DNA of 64,000 nt from NCBI GenBank assembly GCA_019913005.1, contig JAIOHL010000258.1:123896-187895 (forward strand), read 5' to 3'. Below are positions 28,397-40,189 of the stretch, one piece after another; position 1 is the stretch's first letter; the number at the start of each line of letters is the position of its first letter. Origin of the DNA: Anaerolineae bacterium. GTDB taxonomy: Bacteria; Chloroflexota; Anaerolineae; Aggregatilineales; J027. The position numbers were made by a program, and so were the translations under genes. The notes below the pieces were generated by a model. The model did no database searches and was not told the origin of the DNA. It saw only the letters and a program-made list of their open reading frames with translations.

Positions 28397-29938
28397 ATGT
28401 TTAGGCAGACGTCTTTTTATGTCGCCGATTGGTTAGACAGACGCGCAAAAATCACCCCTGACCGCATCGCACTCTTCGATACTAGAGACCAGCGCGACAT
28501 CTCCTACCTCGAATGGAACCGTGCTGCCAACCGCACCGCCAATTTTTTGTACCATTCCCTCGGCGTCTGTAAGGGAGACCGCGTAGCCATCTATGCTACC
28601 AACAGCCTTGAATATCTCGATGTGTGGATGGCCTGTGGCAAGATTGGGGCGATTCTGCAAAATCTCAATTGGCGTTTGACCCCCATTGAATTGGAACAAC
28701 TTCTTGCTGATGCCGCACCAGTAGCCTTGTGTTATTCTGGTGATTTCATCTCCCAAGTGAATCAAATTCGGCCCAATCTTGACTCTGTGCGCTCGTTTGT
28801 GGCGTTTGGCAACTTAGCCAATGATGCCGACTGCCATATCAGCGAACGGGATGCCTTTAGCGATTTCTGTGCTGCCGACCCAAGCCTAACGCCGGATGAT
28901 GCGTGGGTGGTTTGTTATACGGGTGGCACAACGGGCCTGCCCAAAGGCGCGATCTTGACGCATGGCAATATGACGTGGAACGCCATCAATACCGTTAGTA
29001 GTTGGGGACTGGATCAGCATGACGTGGCGATTTTAAACTCCCCACTGTTCCACACCGGGGCGCTTAATGTCTTTACCCTGCCGCTGATTAGTGCCGGTGG
29101 CAAAAGCATTCTCTGTTCGGGGTTTAACGCCGATCAAGTATTTGATTTGATTGAATACGGCGAGGTCACTTTGTTTTTTGGTGTGCCGACGATGTTCCTC
29201 ATGCTGCAACAACATGCACGTTGGAGATCGGCGGATTTTACTCGGCTCAAGATGGTGATTTCTGGCGGTGCGCCCTGCCCTATGCCGATATTTGAGGAAT
29301 TTTGGGCCAAAGGGGTAGATTTTAAGACGGGTTATGGCTTGACTGAGGCTGGGCCAAACACATTTGTTTTGCCACAAAAAGATGTGCGTCGTAAGCCGGG
29401 GGCAGTAGGTTTCCCCTTGATGCACCTTGATGTCAGGGTCGTGCGCGATGATGGCTCGGAATGCGGAGCGGATGAGATTGGGGAACTGATTATTCGTGGC
29501 CCGCATGTGACCCCCGGCTATTGGAATAAGCCTGATGAAACGGCGAAGGCCATACGCGATGGGTGGTTGCATACGGGCGACCTTGCCAACCGCGACGCCG
29601 AAGGATATTACAAGATCATGGGCCGCCTGAAAGATATGATTATTTCTGGCGGTGAGAATGTTTATCCCGCTGAGGTTGAAAGCATCATGCACGGTTACCC
29701 GGCGGTGGCCGAAGCCGCTTTGATTGGTGTACCAGATGAAAAATGGGGTGAAGTTGGGAGGGCCATTGTGGTGGTTGCCGCTGGACAGGATTTTGATGAA
29801 GCCGATTTTATGAACTATCTGCATCAGCGGCTGGCCCGTTATAAAGTGCCCAAATCGGTGGTGTTGGTAGATGCCCTCCCGCGCACTGGCCCCGGCAAAA
29901 TTGATAAAAAGCTATTATCCGACCAATATGGTAGATAG
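28397..29938 (+). CDS. AMP-dependent acyl-CoA synthetase/ligase
   Basis: Track ORF of 513 aa. AMP-binding motif YTGGTTGLPKG, GYGLTE, and WLHTGDL...GRLKDMIISGGENVYP. Confidence 0.9.
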   Translation: MFRQTSFYVADWLDRRAKITPDRIALFDTRDQRDISYLEWNRAANRTANFLYHSLGVCKGDRVAIYATNSLEYLDVWMACGKIGAILQNLNWRLTPIELEQLLADAAPVALCYSGDFISQVNQIRPNLDSVRSFVAFGNLANDADCHISERDAFSDFCAADPSLTPDDAWVVCYTGGTTGLPKGAILTHGNMTWNAINTVSSWGLDQHDVAILNSPLFHTGALNVFTLPLISAGGKSILCSGFNADQVFDLIEYGEVTLFFGVPTMFLMLQQHARWRSADFTRLKMVISGGAPCPMPIFEEFWAKGVDFKTGYGLTEAGPNTFVLPQKDVRRKPGAVGFPLMHLDVRVVRDDGSECGADEIGELIIRGPHVTPGYWNKPDETAKAIRDGWLHTGDLANRDAEGYYKIMGRLKDMIISGGENVYPAEVESIMHGYPAVAEAALIGVPDEKWGEVGRAIVVVAAGQDFDEADFMNYLHQRLARYKVPKSVVLVDALPRTGPGKIDKKLLSDQYGR

Positions 29939-30039
29939 ACAGCACTTTTGAAAATTCCAAAAGGAGGCAGTGATAAATCGAAACAGAAGAAGTGCGTCTT
30001 TAGGTAGGTTTTTGAGTGTTTATACCAAAAGGAGCTAGT

Positions 30040-31341
30040 ATGTTTGGGAAAAAATCGGTTCTTGTAACCGGAATTGTATTCATCACCGTTCTGGCTTTGG
30101 CTCTCCCCACCTTTGCGCGTCCCTCCTCGGCGCGTCAGGACGATGTGCTAAAAATTGGGGTTTTGACCGACCACAGCGGCGCTCTGCAAATCTATGGCAT
30201 TGAGCAAAGTCGTGGCTTCCAACTTGGTCTAGAATACGCAACGGGCGGCACGATGGAAGTGGCGGGTCGTAAACTTGAAATCGTGGAGCGCGACAACGCC
30301 AGCGATATTGACACCGCCAACAGCCAAGTGCGTGAACTGATTGAACAAGAAGGTGTTGAAGTCCTACATGGTAGCGTGAGCAGCACCGTTACCCTCGCGG
30401 TGCAGGCTGCGGCGGCTGAATATGAAATGATTTTGATGGCTGGCCCGGCTGCTTCCCCCGCGATTACGGGCGAGAGCTTCAACGAATATACCTTCCGGGC
30501 TTGCCGCCAGAGTTTCCAAGACTCCTATACCGTCGCGTCGTATGCGATTGAAACCTTTGGCCCCAATTACGTCCAACTGGCGGTTGATAATGCGTTTGGC
30601 AGTACCTCCGCCGCTGCATTCGATTTTGTATTCCAAGCTGCGGGTGGTACGCCCGTCCGTGATACCATCCTCGTTTCAGCCGATACCAAAGATTTCACCG
30701 ATGTGCTGGAACAGGTGCGTGCCAGCGGTGCGGATTTCTGGCAACTGACTTGGGCGGGTGAAGGTACGGTTGAATTGACCCAACAAACGGCGGCGCTCGG
30801 CATTAACGAAGACGTGCCGGCGGTGTTGGTGTGGAATTCCGATGCGATTATGGCCCCGGTGTTCGCCGATCCCACCCTCGCTGACTATTATATGGGCGCG
30901 GTTGGGTTCACGACCTATCAGTACACGCTGCCCGGTCAAGACCCCGACAATCCCAATCCAGAAGTGAATGAATGGTTTGTTGAACGTCACCAAGAGGCAT
31001 TTGAGGGTGCATTCCCCGGCTTCTTTGCGGAATGCGGTTTTGCCAGTGCACAGGCTCTCGTGGCAGCGTTGGAAATTACCGAAGGTTCAACCGACCCGGC
31101 TGACTTGATTGCGGCGTTGGAAGGCCTAGAATGGGCTGGCCCGAAGGGTCTCTATCATCTACGTGCCGAAGACCATCAGGTACTTGTTCCCATGTATATC
31201 GCCCAAGTCGTCAGCACCGATGACCCCGAATTTAAATATTACGAATGGGTACAGACCATCAGTGCCGAACAAACTGCTCCGCCGTGCCTTGCGCCCGGAC
31301 GTGGCTCGGATACGTTGGAATGCCCACCCGCCGCTGAGTAA
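30040..31341 (+). CDS. ABC substrate-binding protein, Leu/Ile/Val-binding (LivJ/Peripla_BP_6) type
   Basis: Track ORF 30016..31341, trimmed to ATG 30040 after AAAGGAG. It has a signal/anchor peptide. The core LKIGVLTDHSGALQIYG... is typical of the family. Confidence 0.85.
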   Translation: MFGKKSVLVTGIVFITVLALALPTFARPSSARQDDVLKIGVLTDHSGALQIYGIEQSRGFQLGLEYATGGTMEVAGRKLEIVERDNASDIDTANSQVRELIEQEGVEVLHGSVSSTVTLAVQAAAAEYEMILMAGPAASPAITGESFNEYTFRACRQSFQDSYTVASYAIETFGPNYVQLAVDNAFGSTSAAAFDFVFQAAGGTPVRDTILVSADTKDFTDVLEQVRASGADFWQLTWAGEGTVELTQQTAALGINEDVPAVLVWNSDAIMAPVFADPTLADYYMGAVGFTTYQYTLPGQDPDNPNPEVNEWFVERHQEAFEGAFPGFFAECGFASAQALVAALEITEGSTDPADLIAALEGLEWAGPKGLYHLRAEDHQVLVPMYIAQVVSTDDPEFKYYEWVQTISAEQTAPPCLAPGRGSDTLECPPAAE

Positions 31342-31360
31342 ATAATCGGCGACCATTTAT

Positions 31361-31389
31361 AGGGGTAGGTGTGATGCCTGCCCCTTTTT
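31361..31389 (+). terminator. Intra-operon hairpin with T-run after the substrate-binding gene (partial terminator/attenuator)
   Basis: AGGGGTAGG (31361-31369) pairs with CCTGCCCCT (31377-31385) with one mismatch, followed by TTTTT (31385-31389). Confidence 0.6.
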
Positions 31390-31416
31390 GTCAATCAAAA
31401 TAGCTTGAGATTTTTT

Positions 31417-32202
31417 ATGTCGAACATTATTTTAGAAGCCATTAGCCTTCGCAAAGAATTTGGCAGCCTCGTCGCCGTGAGTGATGTCAGTTTGCAGGTG
31501 GAACGTGGCACGATGCACAGCATTATCGGGCCAAACGGGGCGGGCAAAACCACCCTGTTTAATCTGCTGTCGGGCAATTTGCGTCCCACCAAAGGGCGCT
31601 TGATTTATAACGGTAAGGATATTACCCGCCTGCCCCTCTATCGTCGCGCTCACGTGGGTATTGGGCGCTCGTTCCAGATCACGAATGTGTTTACCAGCCT
31701 GAGTGTTTTTGAAAACGTGCGATTGGCAGCCCAAGCGATTGATGGCGGCAGCATGGTGATATTGAGCCATTACACGCGCTTTAGTTCATACGAACATAAG
31801 GCCCTTGAAGCGATTGAGGCGGTTGGGCTACGCGGTATGGAAAATGTGCCCGCCAGCGTTTTACCACATGGGGATAAACGCAAATTGGAATTAGCGATTA
31901 TCTTAGCCACCGACCCCCAGCTATTGCTCCTAGATGAGCCAACAGCGGGCATGGCAACCGAGCAAGTGCCGGAACTGCTGCGAACGATTGATGCCATCCG
32001 CAGCATTGGCAACAAAACGATTATGCTGGTGGAACACAATATGAACGTGGTGATGAGTGTCAGCCACAAAATCACGGTGATGCACCAAGGAGCGCTTCTA
32101 GCTGAAGGTACACCTGCGGAAATCGCCGCTGATGCCACTGTTCGTAGTGCCTATTTAGGGGAGTTGTATGGTGATCTCAATCAAATGGCACAATCCCACT
32201 AA
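31417..32202 (+). CDS. ABC ATP-binding protein, LivG-like
   Basis: Track ORF 31405..32202, trimmed to ATG 31417. Walker A GPNGAGKTT, LPHGDKRKLELA, and Walker B LLLLDEP. Confidence 0.9.
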   Translation: MSNIILEAISLRKEFGSLVAVSDVSLQVERGTMHSIIGPNGAGKTTLFNLLSGNLRPTKGRLIYNGKDITRLPLYRRAHVGIGRSFQITNVFTSLSVFENVRLAAQAIDGGSMVILSHYTRFSSYEHKALEAIEAVGLRGMENVPASVLPHGDKRKLELAIILATDPQLLLLDEPTAGMATEQVPELLRTIDAIRSIGNKTIMLVEHNMNVVMSVSHKITVMHQGALLAEGTPAEIAADATVRSAYLGELYGDLNQMAQSH

Positions 32203-32225
32203 ACAATACAGTAAAGAGTTTTTGC

Positions 32226-32933
32226 ATGAGTGAACCCATTTTAGAAGTCAAAAATATCCACACCTTCATTGGTCAATTTCATATTCTAGAGGGGGTCAAT
32301 GTCACCGTGAATCGCGGTGAGATTACCGTTTTGTTGGGTCGGAATGGCGCGGGTAAAACGACTACCCTCCGCAGCATTATGGGATTAGCGAATGTCCGTA
32401 GCGGAGAGATTCGCTTTAATGGACGCGAAATCCGCCAGATGCGCCCCTACAAAGTTGCCCGCTTGGGGATTGGTTATGTGCCTGAATATCGGGCGATTTT
32501 CCGCGACCTGACGGTGGAGGAGAATCTCAAAATTGCCGAACGCGAGGCAGGGGACTTGGCACGACGTCTCGACTTTATATATACCTTGTTTCCAGACCTC
32601 CAACGCCTGCGGAAATTGGGTGGGGCACAGCTTTCGGGTGGTCAGCAGCAGATGTTGGCTATCGCACGGGCGCTGGTTGCCCAAAATGAACTGCTGCTGA
32701 TTGATGAACCCAGCGAGGGTTTGGCCCCAGTGATTATTGAACAGTTGATGGCGGCGATTCGCCACCTTAGCGACCACACGACGGTGCTGCTGGTGGAGCA
32801 GAATTTTCATATGGCAAGCCACTTGGCGGATCGTTTTGTGATTATTGAAGAAGGCAAGTCGGTTTTAGCGGGTCGGATGGCGGATTTGGCGGGGGATGAT
32901 GAATTGATTAGTAAATATTTGGGGGCGGCCTGA
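32226..32933 (+). CDS. ABC ATP-binding protein, LivF-like
   Basis: Track ORF of 235 aa. Walker A GRNGAGKTT, signature LSGGQQQMLAIARAL, and Walker B LLLIDEP. Confidence 0.9.
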   Translation: MSEPILEVKNIHTFIGQFHILEGVNVTVNRGEITVLLGRNGAGKTTTLRSIMGLANVRSGEIRFNGREIRQMRPYKVARLGIGYVPEYRAIFRDLTVEENLKIAEREAGDLARRLDFIYTLFPDLQRLRKLGGAQLSGGQQQMLAIARALVAQNELLLIDEPSEGLAPVIIEQLMAAIRHLSDHTTVLLVEQNFHMASHLADRFVIIEEGKSVLAGRMADLAGDDELISKYLGAA

Positions 32934-34477
32934 TGGAAAATGCTCTAAAAAGTTGGCTCACTTTTAAAATAGACAAAAACACCCTGTCAGGCATCTTGAC
33001 GATTGGGTTTGTGATTCTACTTTTGGTGGTGACAGCCCTTGATGTCAAAGATGGTAAGCGCTTCAGCCAGATTGTCGCGGGTGGCCTCTATCACGGAATG
33101 CTCATTTTTATGGTCGCGGCGGGCCTCAGCATCGTCTTTGGTTTGATGGACGTGCTGAATTTTGCACAAGGGTCACTGATGATGATTGGGGCGTATGTCG
33201 GGTTTGAAATTTTGAGTAGCCTCTCGACGGATACCAAAACCAACGCGGTGCTGCTTTCGATTCATGTGGTCGCGTTTACCCCGATTGCCACGACCTTGTT
33301 AATCGAAATTGCGATGATCCCCCTCTATCGGTTCGTGCCTAAGTTAGCTGAGGCAGGTCGTTCATCGGGCCATCTACTTGCCAAAATGACGACCTCGGCT
33401 CTCATTGGCGCTCCATTGGGATTGTTGCTCGGTAGCACGGTTGCGGATGATCTCGGCAGTTCAGCGGATACGATGCGGGTGATTGGCGCGGTAGTGGTGA
33501 CGGCGCTGGCATGGGTAGATATGGTGCGTGACCCACTGCTGTTCGGCATCAAGTGGTTCATCAATGAAATCAGTACCCGCTTTCAAACAGGCCTTGCGAT
33601 AATTCAGGGGCGTCAAGCACCCCCAATTGAAACGCTTGGATATAAGCCTAGCTCTGACTCTGACAAGGCCGTGTTAGGGGCCATCTTGTTGAGTGCGTTT
33701 ATGGCGATGCTGCTCAATACTACCGAAACCACCACCCTGCGTTTTGGGATTGCGGCGGTGGCGGCGGTTTTCGCAGGGACATTGGCCGGCATCATCATGG
33801 AAACCATATTTATTCGCCCGACATATGTGCGGCCATTTTTCCAAATCGTACTGACCTTCGGGATTGCGCTGGTGATCCGCGAGACGGTGATCTATCAATA
33901 TGGTGTGGCAACGCAAGGCACTTTGACGGCCTATCTGCCGCGAGGGTTGCAAGGTACGTTTCCGCCCCACTTCCTACGGGGTTTGTTTCCAGACCTTGAA
34001 ACTACCATTTTTAACTACTGGATTTTCATGATTATCATGGGCCTGCTAATGATGGTCGGCGTCCAGATTTTGCTGATGCGGACACGGATTGGGATTATCA
34101 TTCGCGCGGGTGTGCAGGATAGCGAAATGGTTGAGGCTCTGGGAGTCAATGTGCGTTTGGTATTTACAGGGGTATTTGCCCTCGGAGCCGGAATCGCGGC
34201 ACTCGGCGGGATTATCTCGGCAGGATTTATCAGCATTGACCCGGCGATGGGTGACATCTTTTTGTTGCAGGCGATTGCAGTGGTCATTATCGGTGGGTTG
34301 GGCAGCTATGCGGGAACATCACTGGCGGCAATTGTGGTCGGGCTGACCCGTTCCGTCGCGGCGTATTTCTCACGCCAGCAGTTTAATACCGATGGCCTAG
34401 CGCCAATCGCGGTGCTGGTGCTGCTGTGTATCGTGCTGCTGGTCAAGCCATCGGGCCTTTTTGGAAAGGAACACTAG
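32933..34477 (+). CDS. Branched-chain-type ABC permease, LivH-like, with a large internal insertion
   Basis: Track ORF of 514 aa. LivH-like ends are present (GLSIVFGLMDVLNFAQGSLMMIGAY... and ...AIAVVIIGGLGSYAGT). About 200 extra hydrophobic residues lie between them. The ATG overlaps the upstream stop (TGATG). Confidence 0.85.
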   Translation: MENALKSWLTFKIDKNTLSGILTIGFVILLLVVTALDVKDGKRFSQIVAGGLYHGMLIFMVAAGLSIVFGLMDVLNFAQGSLMMIGAYVGFEILSSLSTDTKTNAVLLSIHVVAFTPIATTLLIEIAMIPLYRFVPKLAEAGRSSGHLLAKMTTSALIGAPLGLLLGSTVADDLGSSADTMRVIGAVVVTALAWVDMVRDPLLFGIKWFINEISTRFQTGLAIIQGRQAPPIETLGYKPSSDSDKAVLGAILLSAFMAMLLNTTETTTLRFGIAAVAAVFAGTLAGIIMETIFIRPTYVRPFFQIVLTFGIALVIRETVIYQYGVATQGTLTAYLPRGLQGTFPPHFLRGLFPDLETTIFNYWIFMIIMGLLMMVGVQILLMRTRIGIIIRAGVQDSEMVEALGVNVRLVFTGVFALGAGIAALGGIISAGFISIDPAMGDIFLLQAIAVVIIGGLGSYAGTSLAAIVVGLTRSVAAYFSRQQFNTDGLAPIAVLVLLCIVLLVKPSGLFGKEH

Positions 34478-34480
34478 GCG

Positions 34481-35890
34481 ATGACCGAGACAGAAAATCG
34501 CTTGCGCCGTCGCCATCCGCTGGTGCAAACCTTGTATGATAACTGGCCCTATGTGCTGGCCTTGATCTTATTATGGCGTTTCCCCTATATCGTTGGCGAC
34601 ATTACCAACAGCGATGTTGCCCCCGATTCCCCCCGCGTTGTGTCAGAATCAAAATTCTGGCAGGGGGTCATGATTGAGGTCTTTACGCTGGCTGTCCTTG
34701 CTATCAGTTATAACTTGATGTTTGGCTTCACGGGCCTCATCTCGTTTGGGCATGGCGTGTTTTTTGGGACGGGCGTCTATACGGTTGCCATATTGGTGTC
34801 CGAGTATCAAAAATCGTTTGAAGTCAGCATCATCGTGGCACTCGCATTGGGGGTGCTTATCGCGCTGATTTGGTCTATGGCTTCGTTTCGGCTGAAGGGG
34901 GTGTATTTTGCCATGTTCACCCTCGCCTTTGCCCAAATATTTTATGAGCTATCCCGGCTGACCCTATTCAAATTTTTGACCGGGGGAGATGACGGCATTA
35001 CTTGGACTGCGCCGGATTGGATTAACGCGGTCAAGAATCGGCTGACCCTCTATTACGTGGCAATGGCAGTGTTTGTATTTGCATTTATGCTGGTGCGCCG
35101 CTTGATGAATTCGCCGTCGGGCAAAGTCTTGATCGCCCTACGAGATAATCCGGTGCGGGCCGAAACATTGGGGTTCAATATCTACCTTTACCGCACCCTA
35201 TCCATCGTGGTATCAGGCTTTCTGGCGACACTTGCCGGAGTCATGCACACCGTCAATTTTCGCCAAGCCGAACCCACCGCTTTAGGATTAGGGCGTACTG
35301 TTGACCCGCTCATTATGTCCCTGATCGGTGGCATCGGCACGAATCCCGGCCCGGTGTTGGGGGCTGCCCTGCTGCGCATTGGTGAACAATTCCTCCGCAA
35401 AGAAGATTTGCAAGTAGATTTGAACTTTATGATCTACCGCTACACCACGACGGTAGACGCCGAAAAATATTGGTCAGTGGCGTTGGGGATAGCCTTCATT
35501 TTGTTTGTACTGCTCATCCCGTATGGGCTGATTGGGTCACTCAACAAGACGTGGATTGAGATTCGGCACTGGCTGCGAAAATATTTCTACAACCCGCTAG
35601 TCAAGAAATATCCTCAACTGGCGACATGGGCCGAACCGTTTACAGGTGAACCGCCGGAAGTGGCAAAGGCGCTGGCTCATATCTCCCCCGAACATGATCT
35701 CAAGGGGTGGGTACTGGCCTATCCGTTTGCGGCGATGAATGGGGCGACAGCGGTCATTGGGTTTTTGATGGGATTGCTGAGTTGGAGTTGGCGGGTGGCG
35801 GTAGCGTGGATGCTGTTTTTGCTGCTGATTTCTGTCCCTCTGCGAATGGTGGCATTGGGGAGGCGTTTCCAGAAAAAACGGACAGGTTGA
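34481..35890 (+). CDS. Branched-chain-type ABC permease, LivM-like, extended
   Basis: Track ORF of 469 aa. The LivM-like core is ISYNLMFGFTGLISFGHGVFFGTGVY. About 100 extra C-terminal residues carry additional TM helices. Confidence 0.85.
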   Translation: MTETENRLRRRHPLVQTLYDNWPYVLALILLWRFPYIVGDITNSDVAPDSPRVVSESKFWQGVMIEVFTLAVLAISYNLMFGFTGLISFGHGVFFGTGVYTVAILVSEYQKSFEVSIIVALALGVLIALIWSMASFRLKGVYFAMFTLAFAQIFYELSRLTLFKFLTGGDDGITWTAPDWINAVKNRLTLYYVAMAVFVFAFMLVRRLMNSPSGKVLIALRDNPVRAETLGFNIYLYRTLSIVVSGFLATLAGVMHTVNFRQAEPTALGLGRTVDPLIMSLIGGIGTNPGPVLGAALLRIGEQFLRKEDLQVDLNFMIYRYTTTVDAEKYWSVALGIAFILFVLLIPYGLIGSLNKTWIEIRHWLRKYFYNPLVKKYPQLATWAEPFTGEPPEVAKALAHISPEHDLKGWVLAYPFAAMNGATAVIGFLMGLLSWSWRVAVAWMLFLLLISVPLRMVALGRRFQKKRTG

Positions 35891-35899
35891 GATTTGACG

Positions 35900-35927
35900 A
35901 AGGGCCGACTGTTTAAAATCGGCCCTT
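35900..35927. terminator. Perfect 9-bp hairpin between convergent genes
   Basis: AAGGGCCGA (35900-35908) and TCGGCCCTT (35919-35927) with a 10-nt loop. The U-run is weak on both strands. Confidence 0.5.
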
Positions 35928-35958
35928 GTTGATGGGGGATAGCTATAGGTATTGACAA

Positions 35959-36513
35959 TTAGAGTTTCACTTGGGGCATGGTCTGAGATTGCAAGATGGC
36001 CTTGACCGTCATAGATTGGCGCTTTTGATTGGGTTCGGCGACCAATTGCCCACCCCGTACAGTGGCCCACATGACCAACCCTGCGCTAATCAGCACCATG
36101 TTCTTGATGATGTACTGTCCTTCCAACGTAGCGGCATAGGGGAAGTGGGTGAACGTTTCATTCGGGAAGAAGAACAGCGGCATAATCGTTCCACTCATTT
36201 GGGCAAACAGTAGCAGCAATGTGCCACGCATGAATTTCCCAGTGATTAGGCCGACACCGATGGCACATTCCCACAGCGCCAAGATGGGCAGCGAGATATT
36301 CTCTTTCATCAGGCCAAAGGTCAGGGTTTCAATGGTACGGGCGGCAAGGTCTTCGGCAGGACTGAGACTGGGGAAGAATTTGAGAACGCCGAACCAGAAA
36401 AATACGATACCAACACTGATACGTAACAGGGTAATGCTGTGTTTTGCCATCAGGCGGGTTGCCAGTTTGTCGAAGTTGTTGAGTCGGGCTTGAAGGTCTT
36501 TGTTGATGAACAT
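35959..36513 (-). CDS. Small polytopic membrane protein (DoxX/DUF417-like)
   Basis: Track ORF of 184 aa. It has four hydrophobic helices. The motif LLRISVGIVFFWFGVLKF resembles the DoxX/YkgB families. Confidence 0.55.
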   Translation of the reverse strand: MFINKDLQARLNNFDKLATRLMAKHSITLLRISVGIVFFWFGVLKFFPSLSPAEDLAARTIETLTFGLMKENISLPILALWECAIGVGLITGKFMRGTLLLLFAQMSGTIMPLFFFPNETFTHFPYAATLEGQYIIKNMVLISAGLVMWATVRGGQLVAEPNQKRQSMTVKAILQSQTMPQVKL

Positions 36514-36638
36514 GCTGTGTTTCCTCTCGGTGATAATTCCTTTGAAATTTACGACATGCCCATAACGAATTTCAGCGATAACCCGTTCCTACTGCTTTCG
36601 GCGGAGATTTGATACTGGTCAATCGGCTGAGAATGCGC

Positions 36639-36658
36639 TAGAATAGAACGATTGTTCG
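36639..36658 (+). promoter_or_regulatory. uvrB -10 element followed by a Cheo-type LexA (SOS) box
   Basis: TAGAAT (36639-36644) is followed immediately by AGAACGATTGTTCG (36645-36658). That is GAAC-N4-GTTC, sited 43 nt upstream of the uvrB ATG. Confidence 0.55.
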
Positions 36659-36700
36659 CTGACCCCCCTGACTCATATTACCCAATCTAGGTGGAGGATT

Positions 36701-38806
<2,106 letters not shown>

Positions 38807-38843
38807 GTGCTAGAAACCCACAAGTCACCAACGAGAAACCAAT

Positions 38844-38878
38844 AAGGGCGGGGGTCGGTCACTCGCCCTTTTTATTTC
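38844..38878 (+). terminator. Intrinsic terminator after uvrB
   Basis: AAGGGCG (38844-38850) pairs with CGCCCTT (38864-38870), followed by TTTATTTC. Confidence 0.7.
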
Positions 38879-38952
38879 TTACCCCATAGGTGGGAATTTA
38901 GGCTAAAATTCGGTTAATATTTAGTAATGATCTGTCAACGCCGAGGGATGCC

Positions 38953-40113
38953 GTGGTCAAAATTTCGCGTGAGCGGTTAGAAGAGCAAGAAAAACAATTT
39001 CTGGCTTCGTATGCCCTAAAAAGCGCCGACAGCCGAGGGACGGAATATCCCGATGCAGACCCGGAACATCGCACCATTTTTCAACGTGACCGTGATCGGG
39101 TTATTCATACGACTGCGTTTCGTCGCCTCGAATATAAGACGCAGGTGTTTGTCAATTTCGAGGGGGATTATTATCGTACCCGCTTGACCCATACTTTAGA
39201 GGTGGCCCAGATTGGTCGCAGTTTGGCACGGGCAATAGGCGCCAATGAAGATTTAGTGGAGGTTATCTGTCTGGCCCATGATTTAGGCCATCCGCCCTTT
39301 GGTCATGCTGGTGAGAGTGTCCTCAATGAATGTATGGCGGCACACGGCGGCTTTGAGCATAATAAGCAGTCGTATCGCATCATCACCGAATTGGAACGGC
39401 GCTATCCGAATTGGCCGGGTCTCAATCTTTCGTATGAATCCCGAGAAGGAATTGTCAAACACGAGACAGAGTACGATAATAGTGATGCATCGAGTTTTGG
39501 TTTTGATCCAAACCTAAGAGCCAGCCTTGAAGCCCAAATTGCCAACATCTCTGATGAAATGGCCTATAATGCGCATGACCTCGATGATGGTCTACGCAGT
39601 GGGCTTTTAATTACCGACCAATTGACCGGGATTGAGTGGTGGCAATATCTCTCAAATGAGGTGGGTTACACAGGCGGAACATTAACGGAATTGATGCGGC
39701 ACCGCTTGATTCGTCGCATGATCGGGTTGCAGCTATTTGATGCAATTAACAGCACGTCCGACGCGATAGATGCTTCGGGTGTGCAGACACCCCAAGATGT
39801 GCAACGGTTGGATTATAACTTGGTGCGGCATTCAGAGCGTTTTGCAACTATGAACCGCCAATTCAAGAACTTTTTGTTTGATAATCTATATCGCCATTTT
39901 CGGGTGGTGCGGATGAGCCGTAAAGCGCGGCGTTTTTTGCAAGATTTATTCACGGCTTATCTTGACGAACCAGCACAATTGCCAGTATCGGTGCGTGAGA
40001 AGTTTGATGAACGCGGTCAACATCGGGCCGTTACGGATTATATTGCGGGGATGACAGACCGTTATGCTTTGCAAGAATGGGAGCGATTATTTTCCCCCTT
40101 TGAGCGACCTTGA
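38953..40113 (+). CDS. dgt: dGTP triphosphohydrolase-like HD-domain protein
   Basis: Track ORF of 386 aa with a GTG start after GAGGGA. Motifs F.RDRDR..H...FRRL..KTQV, RLTHTLEV and CLAHDLGHPPFGH are characteristic of the Dgt family. Confidence 0.88.
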   Translation: MVKISRERLEEQEKQFLASYALKSADSRGTEYPDADPEHRTIFQRDRDRVIHTTAFRRLEYKTQVFVNFEGDYYRTRLTHTLEVAQIGRSLARAIGANEDLVEVICLAHDLGHPPFGHAGESVLNECMAAHGGFEHNKQSYRIITELERRYPNWPGLNLSYESREGIVKHETEYDNSDASSFGFDPNLRASLEAQIANISDEMAYNAHDLDDGLRSGLLITDQLTGIEWWQYLSNEVGYTGGTLTELMRHRLIRRMIGLQLFDAINSTSDAIDASGVQTPQDVQRLDYNLVRHSERFATMNRQFKNFLFDNLYRHFRVVRMSRKARRFLQDLFTAYLDEPAQLPVSVREKFDERGQHRAVTDYIAGMTDRYALQEWERLFSPFERP

Positions 40114-40189
40114 TCTATCCATAAACTTATTTATTGAACCTTATTGAATGAAATCCTGATTTTCTTTTTATTCATTGGGAGAACGTGCT

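Noticed and set aside
29033-29824. 263-aa minus-strand ORF. Similar long antisense ORFs occur at 9696..10328, 14044..14706, 22495..23061, 60628..61143 and 61165..61923.
   Set aside because: All overlap strongly supported genes on the opposite strand (acyl-CoA ligase, ileS, XDH, DprE1-like, ppdK). None has a recognisable domain.
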